A stretch of DNA of 61,578 nt, counting the filler, from Choristocarpus tenellus KU-1152 (taxonomy: Eukaryota; Protista; Phaeophyceae): NCBI GenBank assembly GCA_964200185.2. It is 9 parts of 9 records of this genome, joined end to end, with 100 filler letters (N's around TTAATTAATTAA, not from the genome) between each part and the next. Parts side by side here need not be neighbours in the genome. Positions count along the whole stretch, not along the records: positions 39,773 to 54,192 come from CAXNAD020001195.1; 8 more parts are not named here. The stretch is one strand, 5' to 3'. Within the stretch, counting starts at the first letter, position 1; every line of letters begins with the position of its first letter. This document shows, one piece after another, positions 39,910-54,292 of this stretch. The notes beneath the pieces are model-generated. The model was not told the DNA's origin. It made no database searches and saw nothing but the letters and a program-made list of their open reading frames with translations. Position numbers and translations under genes: made by a program.

Positions 39910-40370
39910 CATACCATCCTCCGTGGTGCAAGCGATGCCCATCCCCTTGCATAGTTGGTGAAGGCGTTTTACCATTGGAGTGTGCTGTCGTGCCTGTCCC
40001 CCTGCCCTGGGGCAGGTGCGGGCATGTCTGGTATCGATATTTTCCCTCCTGCACCCTGCCATTGGGCACCTGCTTGATAGGGCCTCCTCCCTCCCTAGGG
40101 ATCTGCTGACTGTGAGCTTGAATTCTAGAGAGGGGATCTGGTATGCTGGTTCCAGAGGTTGAGCCGAGGCTGAGGCGTTTGCCCCTTGTCGGCACTGGCT
40201 CCGGTGGCGCGCTAGGGCTAATGAAGAGCTTTCCCTCCCTTGGTGTACCTCATTTGGAAGGTCGGCCAGTTGTGTCCTGAAGGAGACAAAACGGATCTTG
40301 TTGAGGAGGCGTGTGATCTCGTGTTGAGCCCTCCTTGTGATCCTGGCGTCATGAGCTGCTAGGACCACAT
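39910..40370 (-). mobile_element. CRE/RLE-type non-LTR retrotransposon C-terminal remnant (CCHC knuckle)
   Basis: LARHRSQ..QGANA...EFKLTVSRSLG...CPMAGC..DTRHARTC..GGQARQH..MVKRL....GI. Confidence 0.7.
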
Positions 40371-43169
40371 ACCGTCAACCTTAGGCTAATGATATACTGA
40401 TCAAATATTCATTAATTCCTCGTTTGTATGTTACACTCCATTTAGTATTAACGGAGTCGTGTAATAAAATGTCGCAATAGTATACTAACAGTCATACATG
40501 TTTCCTATTTTGCTCCTAGAGCTCAGTTTTTGGTTGACCTTGAATCACGTTTAAATGGCTTCAAGACCGATCAGAAAGGGGGGTGACGTGGATAGCAGGT
40601 TTGTCTGTTGGTATACCGTTATTGATGTTTGTCATATACCGTTATACCGATTGAGGTTTCCTTGTCGGGAATGCCCGATTCCAGTGAAGGGTCTTACGAG
40701 TAATTGAGATGTGGAATCTTTCACGATATCAATCCTAGAAGTAGTGGAGATCTCTTCAACCAGAGATGTCACATATCACAGATTCTCTTTGTTGTCACGT
40801 CTTGACGTTTGTGATGATCCCCTTCTCATAAGATTCTCATTGGTCCACAATTTCCCGCACGTCCTTGCAGTGCACTTATCCAACCATAACCTCGTCCTCT
40901 CGGTTATGGTTCGTATTGGTCCGTCTTGGTCCGTCTTGCGCGGCATTGCCCAAACAATAATTGGGCAGCGTTCCAAACAAAAAATACCAGCAAAAAAGGA
41001 TAGATCGCTCCATCATGTGGAAATGAGCCACTGCCCTAAAAGCCTTCCTTGAATACATAACAGTTACAATAGCCCATTGTCCACCACAAAAAAGAAAACA
41101 TGAAAAGTCACAAACAACACGCAAGAAAGGATAATGTCATAATATGACCTCCTTCATCACAAAAAAAAACAGTCAGATACGTTCCTCTAAACCAGATGCT
41201 CTCCCAACAATACAGCTCTTGCAATGTTGACCCTCGTAAAACAAACTTCCTCCCTTCTTGCTATCCCGAGTATATGCTCTTGTTCGCTGCTTTTGGTATG
41301 ACTAGACATATCTCGTTGACTAACTTAGCTCTTCTCATTCTTTATCTTGAGGTGCTCCGTCTGAGTATCTAGTCTCCTCTCCTTTCTCACCCTGTCGTAC
41401 TTTCTTGGGAAGGAAACCTATGGGAAAAACAGACAAAACATGTCTACTCGGGGCAAAGTTTCCTTCTGGAAGAGTACTTACCTGGTGCTACTATTGTCAG
41501 ATCAGTACAGGTTTGTTTGTATAACCCTACACAAAATCACATCAATTGATCCTCTAAAGTATCCCATCCCATTGGAAAAGGAAAAGAGTAAGCTGGAAGA
41601 ACTTGTGTATAACACAAAGCAGATATTTGTTACCTGTTGCCGACTCATAGACCACATCTTGCTGATACATCTCCAACACATCCGGGCTTGCAGCATCATG
41701 ACCTGTCGATCTGTGCCTCCTTGTGTGTCTCTTTCTTGACCCCCCCTCCCCTTTGCGTTATCCTCCAGGCTCGATCTGTGTTTTGTTCGTGGACAGTGCT
41801 GCTGATACACTATAAACACCACCAGTGGAGTAGACTAGGAAAGGTAGAGTCAGATATGTGTTTCCGTATATTCCAGTTGAGCTCTACCTAATGTACATGT
41901 GATACGTTGATAGTATTATTTTCTGATTATCCATATGGACGTTGCAAATCCCACATTGCAGTCTACACCTGTCTCACCCCACAAATTCAGTCAGTGGAAT
42001 TGAGGCCACAAGCCCCTTGAAACATTAACATTATAGATTTACACCAAGCTACTTATTATCCTCTACCAAGGCACATGATTGGTTGTCTTAACCGCGGGTC
42101 CAATGTGGAATTATTTAACATATCTTCCTGTGCTGACCCGTTGCGGACCTGGAGGTAGTTGACCTCCTTCTTTCCTCTGGCATTGTCACTCCAAATGGCT
42201 CGCACACTGTGACGATGACGGCCATCATTTAGTCTTATCTCTTTCAATCTCAAACATTTGGTGATATCATTATCTGTTCCAACAGGAACAACGACGTTAT
42301 CTCCCCCCAGGTTGCCCTCTCCATCTTCCTCGGTCGTTTTCAGCTTCAATTTTACTTCTCCGAATACATTTGTCAAAGTCAACCTTGTCTTCTTCTGTCT
42401 GTGGGTGTTTGTCCTGACACTACTTTGGAGAGTCAGTGATCCGTATATTAATATCAATACTCCATCAATAATACTCCGCAGTATAATGTTGTAACATCCG
42501 AATATTCTCTTTATGGGCCTGAGACTTATCGTATCATGTACCGCATGTCTTGATTGATGTCCAGTAGCAACTAGGTCTAAATATGCCTAGCGTAGTGAAG
42601 GCAAGTACATCAGTTACTTGTAGGTAGTTATTGTGACGATTAAATCATCACACTGATGGAACATATTATTTGAGGGTACGAGTTGTAATGATGAAGCCAT
42701 CACAACCCATCGACGTTGAGTGCCGTATATTGGAAATTTCAGGATCCTTACCTTCTCCAAATATACTTATCGTCCACAGAGGAGAGTAGACTGACAAGTT
42801 TGGCTATCACAGAGATTCACTCAGCCACAACTCTACAACCACCTAGATACAACGTTCGTATCCAGAAGGCATGAGCCAAACCACCTGAGAAGTAAGCAGG
42901 TTTGAACTTTTTTGCATTTCAAGCCGTCTTTCTTACCCTGTGCAATATAGTTTATTTCACTGTTTTATGTTCACAAAATGTACGCAAAATTCATATTATT
43001 TTTTTCCACTCACAAAGTGACACCACAACTCAGCAAATAATCTTTCTGTAATGGTACAAAACTGCACCGTTTTGCCTTGACTTGGGCATCCTTTAAATAC
43101 AACTCTACCTACCTCTTAGTTGGTTTGACTCCATGGGGGTGCTTCAAGAGGTAGGGCAAATAGTTACGT

Positions 43170-43720
43170 GACTGAGCAGTAGGTGTTCCACTTTGAGCTC
43201 AGGAACAGGGTACTCAAAGTTGAAGTACTTGAGACCTTGCTGTTTAGACGCATGACGTGGACACTAAGAAAGAACTATTATGCTCAACTCCTTGTCCAAC
43301 ACTTCCAGATTCTTCCAGGGCTGGATCGGGTTCCACAAACGGAATCGTACAGACTACCCCATGTCGTGACAACTGGGTGTGAATGCATTGAGGACATCAC
43401 CTGTAAAAGGAAACGGTTATAGGTAGGTTTCACGTTGCAAATGGATGATGATCTTTTGCCCAAACCCTTATGCTTGAGAAACTCAACGCTCAGAAACCAG
43501 AGGGTGAGAAGGAAGGTCCAAAGAAAACTGGTGGTTGTGACTCTCCAAGACGACTTGAAAGCTTCTGACATCACAACTGATCAGTGGGTTTTTCCTGCAA
43601 AATATTAAAACGAGTGGCACAGATTTGTAGGGGTTGGAGCAAAAAATGAATGATTGCCTGGCATACCGTTGAGGTCAAAGCAGTCACAGCCTGTCGCGCA
43701 AAAGTGGTCTTGATCACCAA
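43170..43720 (+). mobile_element. RTE-like LINE 3' remnant
   Basis: LRNRVLKVEVLETLLF..MTWTLRK; TTGCECIEDITCKRKRL; MDDDLLPK; LQDDLKASDI. Confidence 0.7.
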
Positions 43721-45701
43721 CCACCTGTAATAATGCCTGCTGAGCTTTTTCTCCTTTCTTCTTTTTCTTCTCTTCGTCTTTGGAGGGGAAGGGTACTGGA
43801 TAATTATTTTGCCTAACCTACTAAGTACTATTCTTGCTTTTGATGATAACAGGTTGTATCTACCTGGTTGAAGGACTTGGCCTAGATGTCCTGAGATGCG
43901 TATAGATATGTGTACCTTCTTGAATCGATCATGGTCCTTGATACTGGAGTTGATCCTCGAATTGTGTTTTTCTTTGTCCTAATTGTTATTACGTCTGTGG
44001 ACTTGACTCACGGATCTCCCTTTTTTCACACATAGTCCTATCTCTCTGTTTCTTGCTCTTATTGCGTGCCTTTCTTGATCATGGGTTCTAGGATGGTATA
44101 TGTTCCTTATCCTAATACAACTCATCCATTACTTTCTTTCTTTTGAGCATATCTGTAACGTACTTGGAAGTATTGTGCGGAAATCACAAAAGGAATAAAT
44201 CAATCAATTAGAGATCGAGGAGGACAAAGAAAAGAATGACGAAAGAGTAGAAGGTTCTGGACTAAACGTGTGGTGAATCTAAAGAAAAAACGAAGTACTC
44301 TGTGAGGACAAAAAAAAACAATACTTGAATTCTTCAGTGTCCCAAAGACTTGGAAGGTGTCTGCCAGGAGAAAAATGCAAACATATATATATATACATAT
44401 GCTTCCTTTTCATGGCTTCTATACCACGTACTTCAAAATACCTCATGGCTATCTATCCTAACAGTAAATGCTGCATTCTCGAGTCTTGTATCACTTCCAA
44501 CGCCAGCACCTCCTATACCCACACAAGTGTTTTAACTGCCAATATACAGCTCCTTGTGAAAAACCTTCCAACATTATTGTTTATCGGCGGAGTGATGAGG
44601 GCCGGGATAACTGAGCCCAACACAACAGAAGCAAGAAGGCACAAACAGAGGCAGTACCACTAGATGAGGTGCAACTGTTAGTTAGTATGAGACCCAGTAC
44701 TGGTGCCCTTCGTTTCTATTACTGAAGGAACTAGATAGTAGGAATATGCCCAGTGTTTCCGTAATTCTTCCCGAAATTGGAAAAACATGTAGATGAGGTG
44801 GAACCTGAGGGTGAGGAAGGGAGATCTGGTGGTATGAGTGGAAAGTTGACTTTGTATAGTTAGCACATGATATGAAGGTATTGCAGGTGCTTTGAGACTA
44901 TAGGGATGGGGTGGAAATTTCACATTGCAAGGAAAAAAACTGGACACACGTTGGCGATCTTTAATGTCCCTTGGCATCCCTTGGCAATGAAGGCTCCTTG
45001 CCAAGTTTTTCTTACTGGTTCAGCGCTCTTGTGATACAGCGACAGATAAATGAGTGGAGGTGACCAATCCGTAGTATTTGCCATGTAGATTTCAGGTGTA
45101 ATGGATAAACCATGAAGCGAATTCCGGTAGTAAATGGTGGTTTGAGTCAAATAATCCGTGAGTGAAAGTAGAGTAAGAACAAAATCGACGCACTTCATAG
45201 TAGAAACGAACACACACCGCACGTAATTCCAATACAGCGGTGCACGAATCGCCAACATCGTGCACCAATAATGCGTGCAGCACACCTTCACTCCGAAAGC
45301 AACCACTTGAAATTCATCTCTACATTATTTTCTGTTTCAATCACGAATTAATCTATTTGGAAAATCGTAGAGATCCATTCACTACGATAAACACTTCACA
45401 ATCCTATGAAGTCTTGTCAGTGATGAAGGGAACAGCATTGAACACTGAACCGCAACTCTTAGACGTGTTTATTACTAAATAATAGTTAACACCAAAGGTT
45501 AGAGAGGCTATGTAATCCATTGTAAAATCAAATTTATCCAGTCTACATCAGTCACAAGTAAGTAATGATCAAGAAGTCAGTTTTGAAGTTTACTCATTGA
45601 TTCTCCACAATGTAGTAGTTGTTAACGAAGGTGAGAGGGTCCAAGTTATGATGTTGATACTTGATAATATTATTAAATCGGATATGATACTGAACATGTG
45701 T

Positions 45702-45750
45702 ATAGTTTTCATTGGTTTTCCCCCTGACACATCTGGAAAATGTGAGAGGG
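45702..45750 (-). repeat. Dispersed ~50-bp hairpin-containing repeat (also 57431-57480 and 61435-61482 on +)
   Basis: CCCTCT(G/C)ACATTTT..GATGTGTCAGGGGGAAAA(C)CAATGAAAACTAT on three different contigs. Confidence 0.8.
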
Positions 45751-46383
45751 CCCAATTATAAAGATAATACTGACTTGACTTTTCCATTGACATATCTGTA
45801 AATGTGAGAGGTCATAATAATATGTATGATAGTTAATAAAAATAGTTGATGTTTGGTACGATCGTTTAATATGAAAAATACTAAGTCGTAGCAGGATTGA
45901 TTAGTTACGAAGTAGTAAATAGATATAGAAAATGCCTTTGACATTTAGGACATACACTACTTTTTTGGGGATTCTTCCGATATTAAATTCGGTTGTCATT
46001 GTTTTTTCTATTTCACACATGTCCACAATCTTAGAGAACATAATAAGAAAATTTAATGTATGTATGTAGTATCATGTTTGGTATTTTTTTGAAAGGATAT
46101 TGCATTATCCTGATTTTTTTATTGTTTTCGTGAAGAACATGGTGTTTGGGACAACGGTAAGAGGTTATACTATTATACTGAATTTGACATCGACTGTGTC
46201 TGTGTGTGGTAGGGCTTGGGTAGTGCTGGGAGATATACCCACAAGGGAGAGACCAGTGCAGCCATCTTTCTTGTGCTCGTAGTACATCACAACTGATAGT
46301 GGTTTCACCTTGGATGGTAGTGGACTGTGATAGGGTGGGCCAACAACCCACTTCAGGAGTTGAGGTGTGAAAGCACAGACAGC

Positions 46384-48280
46384 ATGGGAAAGGATGGGAA
46401 GCGGAAGAGATGCGGGTGGCTGAGGCTCGGCATCCCGTATAAGTATACAGTGACAGCATGCATATTCTTTTGCACCCTGGTGGCGTACATGGAACGACAA
46501 GGATTTAGCATTGCATTCACTCAGTTGGCCTTGACGAAGGACTTGAACGAGAATGTCAAGGGGCAGGTTCTATCATCTTTCTTTTATGGCTATGCCTTTA
46601 TGCAGATACCAGGGGGCTACCTGTCTTCACGCTATGGAGGAAAAAACGTGTTGATGGTATGCTTTGGTGTGTGGGGGATCACCTCTCTTCTGATGCCAGG
46701 AAACCTTGACAACGGACGATTGGGATTCATTACCTTTTGTCGCGTGATAATTGGGGCAAGTCAGGGGCTCTTCATCCCTGCATCTCACACCGTTCTTGCA
46801 CGTTGGATTCCGCCGCAAGATAGAAGCCACCTGGTTTTGCTAGCAATGTCAGGAATGTACATGGGCCAGACCTTGTCATTGGTTTTCTTCCCACATCTTG
46901 TTGAAGACATGGGACCAGTTGCGGAGTGGCGAGCCTCCGGATGCATGGGACTGTCATGGCTCTTGGTTTGGTCCTTGCTAGCAAAGGACGATTTTCTGAA
47001 CGAAGCGGCCTACGGCTCGGATGAGGATGGTGATACAGATGTTGAGGGTGACTTGGAGATCCCTAGAAGGCGTGTAACCTTGCCAGGAGGTGCAGATGAG
47101 CAACCGTTGATGCCATCACCGTTTGACAGGGAAGGTTCTTCCTATCGCAGCCGACCTACCTCGCCTCCAATAACCCAATCGAAGGAACTAAACAGTTTAG
47201 GGCTGGTGCCAGTCGGTCATTTGTCGCTTGGCGATGCCTCTCAGCGTAAGATCCCATGGATGGTAATGTTAAGGAGTCTTCCAGTCTGGGCAATTGTAAT
47301 CAACAATTTCGGCTTCCATTATGCCACCTACGTCTTGATGAATTGGCTCCCAACATACTTTGAGAACCTACATGGTGTCAGCCTCTACGAGATGAGCTCC
47401 ATGTTCAAGGTATGCCATTTCCTGGTCCTCCAGTCTGCTGTCCATTGTACCTTTGGTGTAACGAGACAGGAAATCTGACACGTTTTCTTTTGAGGGGGTT
47501 TATGGACTGGCAGTCCTATTCATTTGCCTCACCATTTTATTGGCCAATAATCTTGGTCATGTCTTGTTGGACATGGCATCACCTGGTGCTATTTTTTATG
47601 GACTCAAAATGGCCATACCTTGGTGTAGCCTCCTCTCTTTCCGTGTGGAAATCATTCTCATCGCTGATCATCTTGAACAATGATGGAACTGCGATGGCCT
47701 TTGTGTTTCCTATGCCATTTCTTTACTCAGTGTGTCCATAATTGTCCCCAGAGTTATGTCCTTTCTTCTGGTAATCCTTTCCCCACCCCCCTATTGTTCT
47801 TGACAGGTGGTTCCATATGTGATGATGTTCATATCTTCAAATGTAGGAGGAAGTTTAGGGAAGTGGGTAGTAACCTCTAAGGGTTTATCTGTTCAACGAT
47901 CTCGAAAGTTGGTGAACACCTTGGGTTTCGCCACTGCGGGAATATCAATGCTTCTTATGCCTCTGGCCAGGGGGTGGCGTGAGGGGTTGATCTACACCAC
48001 AATCGCACTCACGGCATTAGGGCTCTGCCGTGGGGGTTGGTCTGTGAACCATATGGATATTGCCCCTAGACATGCGGGAGTGCTTATGGCCCTTGCTAAT
48101 GGTGCTGGAACATGTTCTGGGGTGGTTGGGACCGCTCTGACAGGCCATATTTTGCATGAGGCTGGGGGAGCAACAAGTGTTGCAGCGTGGTCACGTGCCA
48201 CTGGTGTTGTAGCATTTGTTTGCCTCATTTCTACATTATCATTTGCATTGCTGGCCAAAGGGGAGGTCTTGTTCCCGTAA
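46384..48280 (+). CDS. MFS SLC17/PHT4-family anion (phosphate) transporter, PHT4;6/ANTR5-like; exons 46384-47409 and 47807-48280; ~499 aa
   Basis: YMERQGFSIAFT, KGQVLSSFFYGYAFMQIPGG, IPW...SLPVWAIVINNF.FHYA.YVLMNWLPTYF, VNHMDIAPRHAG; phase-0 GT-AG intron. Start codon is uncertain. Confidence 0.92.
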
Positions 48281-51021
48281 TCCTAAATTGACCTTTTGAT
48301 GAGCAGGTGAGGTTAGGGTGGGATACGGTGGTTGCTTCCTGGAGTTGAAATTTCGCCATAACGCTGCTGGAAACACTTGAGTTTGGGTGAAACTCCCAAA
48401 CATCAGAAGAATTGCAGGTGGAAATGAGGAGATTCATCTCGATGGGTTGTATGCTGCTGCACTGTAAGCCCTGTGTACATCTCACTGTTTTTGCCGTGTT
48501 TTTCTTGCTGCAGTGTTCGGGTCAAGATATATCACAACTAGTCCTATTTGCCCTAGGAAGGGTAATTTTTGGTTGTTTTGTCTGGTGTTCCTCTCTGCAT
48601 TGTTTAGCAGTGGAATTTTTCTTTGTCCACTGTCTCCTATAGAGTCCAGGAGTCAGGTGAATTCCCTTTGCTTCTCCAGCATCGCCCCCCGATGGTGGGA
48701 CAGAGTTGGGCTTGTGTTGATTCTGTTGAGTGCAGGTGGTGTGAGTGGGTCGGTGCTGTGGTGATCTTGACGGGATTTTTTGCTGTATTTGTGATAGCCT
48801 TAGGTGCATGTTTGTGCAGTTTTTCCGCGTTTTCGCTCACTCATGGCTGACACAAGAGCCTTTCTTACCGGAGGTTGTCTGTTGGCGAGTGTTCTGCCTA
48901 TATTTTTGGCAGACCTTGGTCCAATTCCCTGCCATTCTCTGCCTTGGCTTTCATGGATTGTACGGATTGGACAATTGGTTTCATGCCTAGATTATGCGGT
49001 GGTCTCCTCCCACAGTAGGAGTCGGTCTTGGAACCCTGCAGTGTACATCCAAGGTGTGAATGTACAGCAAGATCTTTTTAGAAGCTTGAATGCGGATATT
49101 AGTACTAGTGCATCAAAAAGAATGCGGATATTAGTACTAGTGCATCAAAGAGATAAAATATCAAACATAAGGAAGGAGTGTCTGAAATAATGGCATTAGT
49201 CTTTTCAGAGAGTCACCACAGTATCCTCAATTTTGTTAAACAAATCAAGAAGCCAGATTGAGAAGTACAACCAGGCAGGTGATGTCATCACTGATAACAG
49301 GCACAACAGAGTAGTGTTTAGACAGTCAATAAAACACAAAGAAACAGTGAGCTTCAGCATGTTCGTCACTACTTACAGCTCATATTAATGAATCATTTAG
49401 ACTTGCCAACTCTTCATGAGCTTTGAGACTGGATAACGCTACACAAATGTCGGTTTTCCTGTGCAAAGGTGCGACCTCTGCCCACATCCTCATTTGTCCA
49501 AATGTGAAAAAGGGTCCAATGTCTTCATTTACAGTGACTGCTGATCACTACCGGCACTGCCTTCACTCAGTGGAAAGGTCTTGGTGTAGTTGCAAGGGAA
49601 ATAATGTCATTATCATAATTCAACAAGGATGGAGGGTGTCTGGATCCAGCAATAGCTTGCATTCAAGTTCACGTTCACTATGTTGCTCATTGAACAGTTC
49701 ACCACTGTGTGTATGTACGAAATTGAGCTCTGAGAGCGAATCACTTTTCTCATAATGTTCCCTTCATACACAAGGAGACTGAGAAAATTACTATCATCAT
49801 CAGTGGAGTTTCCGATGCCCAAACCTCAATAGCCATTTTTGCTCATTTTCCCAACATAATTTTCTTGTCTAGGCACAAATGTACCAAGTGTGATGTAACA
49901 GGGTCTTCCGGTTTACATTACATACTTCTCGGATGGGCGTATGGGTCGTACAGTCAAACATACCTCAAGTAATTTAGGTACACCAACCTGGGCGCACAAC
50001 ATCCCTTTGGTGGCCACACAAACATGGATGGTGGTGTAATTGTTTTAGACATGCAGTACTCAACTAGGTAATTTTATTTCATTCGTGATGACAAGCATTA
50101 TACTCACCTGTTTTTGAATCCCAGTTATGTGTATCAGTGATGAAAATTACAAAAATCAGATTACCTCTTCCCTGAACTTCTCGTCACAAGGTCAGCAAAA
50201 TATGTAATTCAATAAATTTATGTGTACTGTTCAATCACAAAATGCCAGACTTGTGAGACTCCACGACTAGAATCATACGATCACTTTCTTCTCACTTCTT
50301 TATTGCAGACATTGTATTTGTGTCAAGAAATAGAAAAAGAGGAAAAATGATCGTTTTTTAGTCTTCTCTTGGAGTTATCTCCAAACAGTCCGAAACACAA
50401 CATGTATCATACTCTTAACTTAAGTGTAACGATGTGATGAGATGCAGCATTTTTTTTCATTATTCAACTTTTTTTTTTCATTGCCCTCATACCTCACGTT
50501 TTGTGTCCACTCTTCTTCATAGGTAGAGAGACCTTTCGCACAACCAAGGAACCTCCCTTAAAACCATTGCCAGTACAGTGCTTCTATACGGTAGACACTA
50601 GATTTTGATATCGATCTTGCCGTCTGTTTTTTAGGCGGACTTGTTCGTACGAAAAAAGGCATTTGGGATCTCTTTTCCTCTAGTCGTTTTCTCTTCTCTT
50701 CCCGTTTCCCCCTCGTTCCAACAGCAAGAGCATCCCCGTAAACTGGTGGACACAATAGGGTTAATCAGGTAAGTTATTAAAGGATGTTCGATTTTTCTAG
50801 TAGATGGCTTCGCAGTAGTTCATTGAATGTGTGAATTTGAACGAAACCCGGGTAGATTGGAGTTTGGTTCGAGTACACCACCGAAAGGAAGAGATTGTTG
50901 ACAATTCTTCCCTCATCCCCTCCCTTGTCACCCCTTCCCGCGTAGGTGTCTTTATTCCAAGCTAGTAACGTAATTTTGTTCACGAGGTTTCATTTTGCTT
51001 TGAAACAGTTCTGTGTATAGA

Positions 51022-54000
51022 ATGAAGCGAGGCCGTCAGGAGTTTTCACCTGACGGGGGTGTGGTCACTATGCCAGCGGGAATGAAATCTTCCACCAATA
51101 GTTTTGCGCACAGTAAGACCTCAGCCAGTAAAGATACCATGAGAGGAGATGGGGGTGTTGGAGTCTCGGCGATACCTCCTGAGCCAAAGAGGTCTAAACC
51201 TGATGCGGAAGAATGGCGTGCCCTTGCGGAAGCAGTGATGGCTGGGACGCAGGAAAGCCAACGAAAAAAAGAAACTGTGTCACGACGCTGTTTTGCGGTT
51301 GTGTGCTCTAGCAACATCAACAGGAGTATAATGGCTCAGAAGGTGCTAGAGGAAAACGCCATTCGTGTGAGATCCTACGGCGCGGCCAGGTACGTCCCTC
51401 GTCCCCTCCCCTTCATCATTGATCTCCTTCCTTTTTTGCTGACTCGTTCCCTTCAAATATTCAAGTTAATCCTTCTTCAAGAAAATTTTCCTTTTAGAAA
51501 TTCTAACGTCGAGTGCAAGTTTGACGCGATTTCGAAGTGAAGTAGGTACGGTCTGTGCTAGTCGTTAACCCTTTGTATAATTCAAGCTCTTAGCTCACGG
51601 TTTTAAAAGACCCTGAGAATGAACCTTCCTTATTAGCTGTTCCTGACACTGCCACATGGAGTGTGGGATGATGCCTGGCGCTATTTTTTGGAATGGGCAC
51701 GCTAAGGATGCAAGCATCGTGCGATCTGTAAATAGTTCGTAACCTCTATTTTGCTTCAATTTTTTTGTGGTAGTTTTACACACTAAAGGATGTTGCTCTC
51801 ACCCAAAAGGAAAAAATTGAATATTCTCCAGTAGGTTTTAATTTGTGCACTATGCTGACCTCTGTGTTTTGGAAATATGCTCTTGCTGGATTTATGGGGT
51901 TGGTGTATGTTGAGGAGGTGCTGGGGCACAGCCTAATTCTAATTTTGAAGCAAAAAATTACTGAATTTTTTATATACTTGTATCCATAGCTCTGTCGTCG
52001 TTACATTTCCAACAGACCATAGTGTTATCTCTGGTTCATCTTGTTTCTGCAGATTGCTATCAGAGACAAAATATTTGTAACAAGACCACAATTCTACCAA
52101 ATCAATATTTGTTTTACACCAAGAAAACATTTGAGAGCATCAGAAAATCAAATCAGATCATTTTTGGATGTTGTTGCTGCTTGCTTGCTTTCCCCTTTAA
52201 TAAAGAGTTGAAAAGTGGCTTGGCATGCATCATCGTTTTTTGCATCGTTTGTGTTTGCTGGTGAACAATGAATGGCCTTTTTATGTAAGGCTAACTATTA
52301 AAGGATACTGCATGATCCAGTGATTAAAATATTTGTGTTGTGAATTGCGACAGTTGAGTTGTCTTCATTCATTAATTTGGTTGTCTCTTATCACCATACA
52401 AGAGAAAGTATGACTACTGAATATGGAAGGTCACTCCACCACATACTCGTCACAAGGTGTCACTACCCGCAACTCACCATACATTTCATCGTTCATAGCT
52501 TAAAATTTTTCTCCTCGCATTGCTTCATGTGCTGACAGTTCAATCAGATTTTTTTTTTTCCACCTGTATATATTGTCACCATAAATTATTTTAGTTAACA
52601 ACACTAGTTAAATCTTCGTGTATGTGGACTGAAAGGGGTACAAGAATAGGGCATACTTTTAAACCTGTTTTTAACAATATTCCTTGACTCCTGTCCCTTG
52701 GCAAGCAGATTTTGTTAACTAGGCTATATTCCTAGAATACAATGTATATGTAATATTAGTGTTGGTTTTAGAGTGAGTCTATTCAAAAGAAAGATGAAAA
52801 ACTGACATTGATTACGTTATTGTATGCAGTTTTTTTCTTTGTCTAAATTCTCTTGTAAATTCTCATTGACTTTCTGAAATTGATAATCGATGAAACCTAC
52901 TTAGAAAAAAGATGTGTTCTGCCAGCAGATATTGAAGAGTTTTTGGAAGGTTGGGAAAATAGGTCTGTAGTAGAGACAGGCATCCAAAAGTTCCTTAAGG
53001 ATGATGTCCTTTGGTTGTAGACATTGAAAGGGTAGTATTGTAGGCCGCCCAAAGGCAAATAAGAGTACCTACTCAGAAAAGTAGATGGTGTGAGGTATAC
53101 CCCTGACAGGCCAAAGGGGGTAAGATTTATGTATCACTCAATATGCAAGCACATTACTTGGTTCTATTACGTAGAGAGTGAGTCCATATCCTTTTTACCA
53201 GTTTTGGTACCACTTCTGAACCTAGAATGTGGGGTTACACTCCCTTTCAGTCCACTCCTCTCTCTTTTTTCCATTCCTGACATGTGTATGTGGGTGTAGG
53301 ATGACTATGTTGAGCCTGTGTATGCTATTTTTTAGAGTGAAAAATAGCATGTATGTGTAGTCAGGTATATAGATTTTCGGGATAGAGTTTCTACTCCAAC
53401 ATTTTAGTCGAATTGCATATTGACTCTTCTTGTAAATTGTCCTCTTCCCGTGGCCCGAAGTGGTAGATGAAGCATACAAAAACTGTTGCACATTTACTGA
53501 TCGATAGTGGCTGTTTTAGGACAGGAATCACCTAGACATTATTTTTGTAAAGATGAATGAGGTGGAGGGTACATAAGTTGTATACTGTATGAGATTCAGT
53601 GATATAAATTTATGAGGACTCCATTGTTTGTTGCCCTTGCTGTAGATACACGTAGAAGTAGTTTTTGTTAGTTGTGTCTCTGGGCAAAACATGAAACATT
53701 CCGTCGCTTGATATAATGGTTGTGGTTATTTGGCATGTTGTGTAAGCCATGATCACTCTTCTTACGCTGCTATACCATACTTTCCTTGGTGCCTGTACCA
53801 TCTTATTATTTTTAGAGAGGTGAGGTTACCTGGAAAGGATGCCAAGACACCAAAGTCTTTTGCCTTCGGTACTCCTTACCTGGAGATTCATGATGAGCTT
53901 AAGCGAGAAGATGCAGCCCTCTTCCAGCGCAACAGTGTGCTTTCTCTTCTGGCTAGGGATGCAGTTACAAAGAGGTCACCAGAGAGATGGCAGGATGCGA

Positions 54001-54072
54001 AGGGAAAGGAGGTGTCGAATTTCGACATTGTGGTGTGCTTCGAGACCCGTGTGTTCGACCTGGTTGTGGAAG
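51022..54072 (+). CDS. SSU72: RNA polymerase II CTD phosphatase Ssu72, partial; exons 51022-51389 and 53816-54072; 3' exons beyond contig end
   Basis: Catalytic FAVVCSSNINRS; VRSYG; VRLPG....P..FAFGTPY; KRSPERWQ; FDIVVCFETRVFDLVVE; phase-2 intron is consistent. Confidence 0.92.
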
Positions 54073-54292
54073 GTATTCCAAGCTGCCGCTGGATGTAGCT
54101 GTTGTGGGAAGGTCTAGAGTGAAAGGAGGGGGGGGGGGGGGGGGAACTGAACATGTCTATTGGGGGGGGAGGGGGTTAAGGGGGGGGGGTGGNNNNNNNN
54201 NNNNNNNNNNNNNNNNNNNNNNNNNNNNNNNNNNNNTTAATTAATTAANNNNNNNNNNNNNNNNNNNNNNNNNNNNNNNNNNNNNNNNNNNN

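Noticed and set aside
40700-42460. Minus-strand exon-like ORFs (e.g. 42056-42457)
   Set aside because: No identifiable domain or supported splice chain
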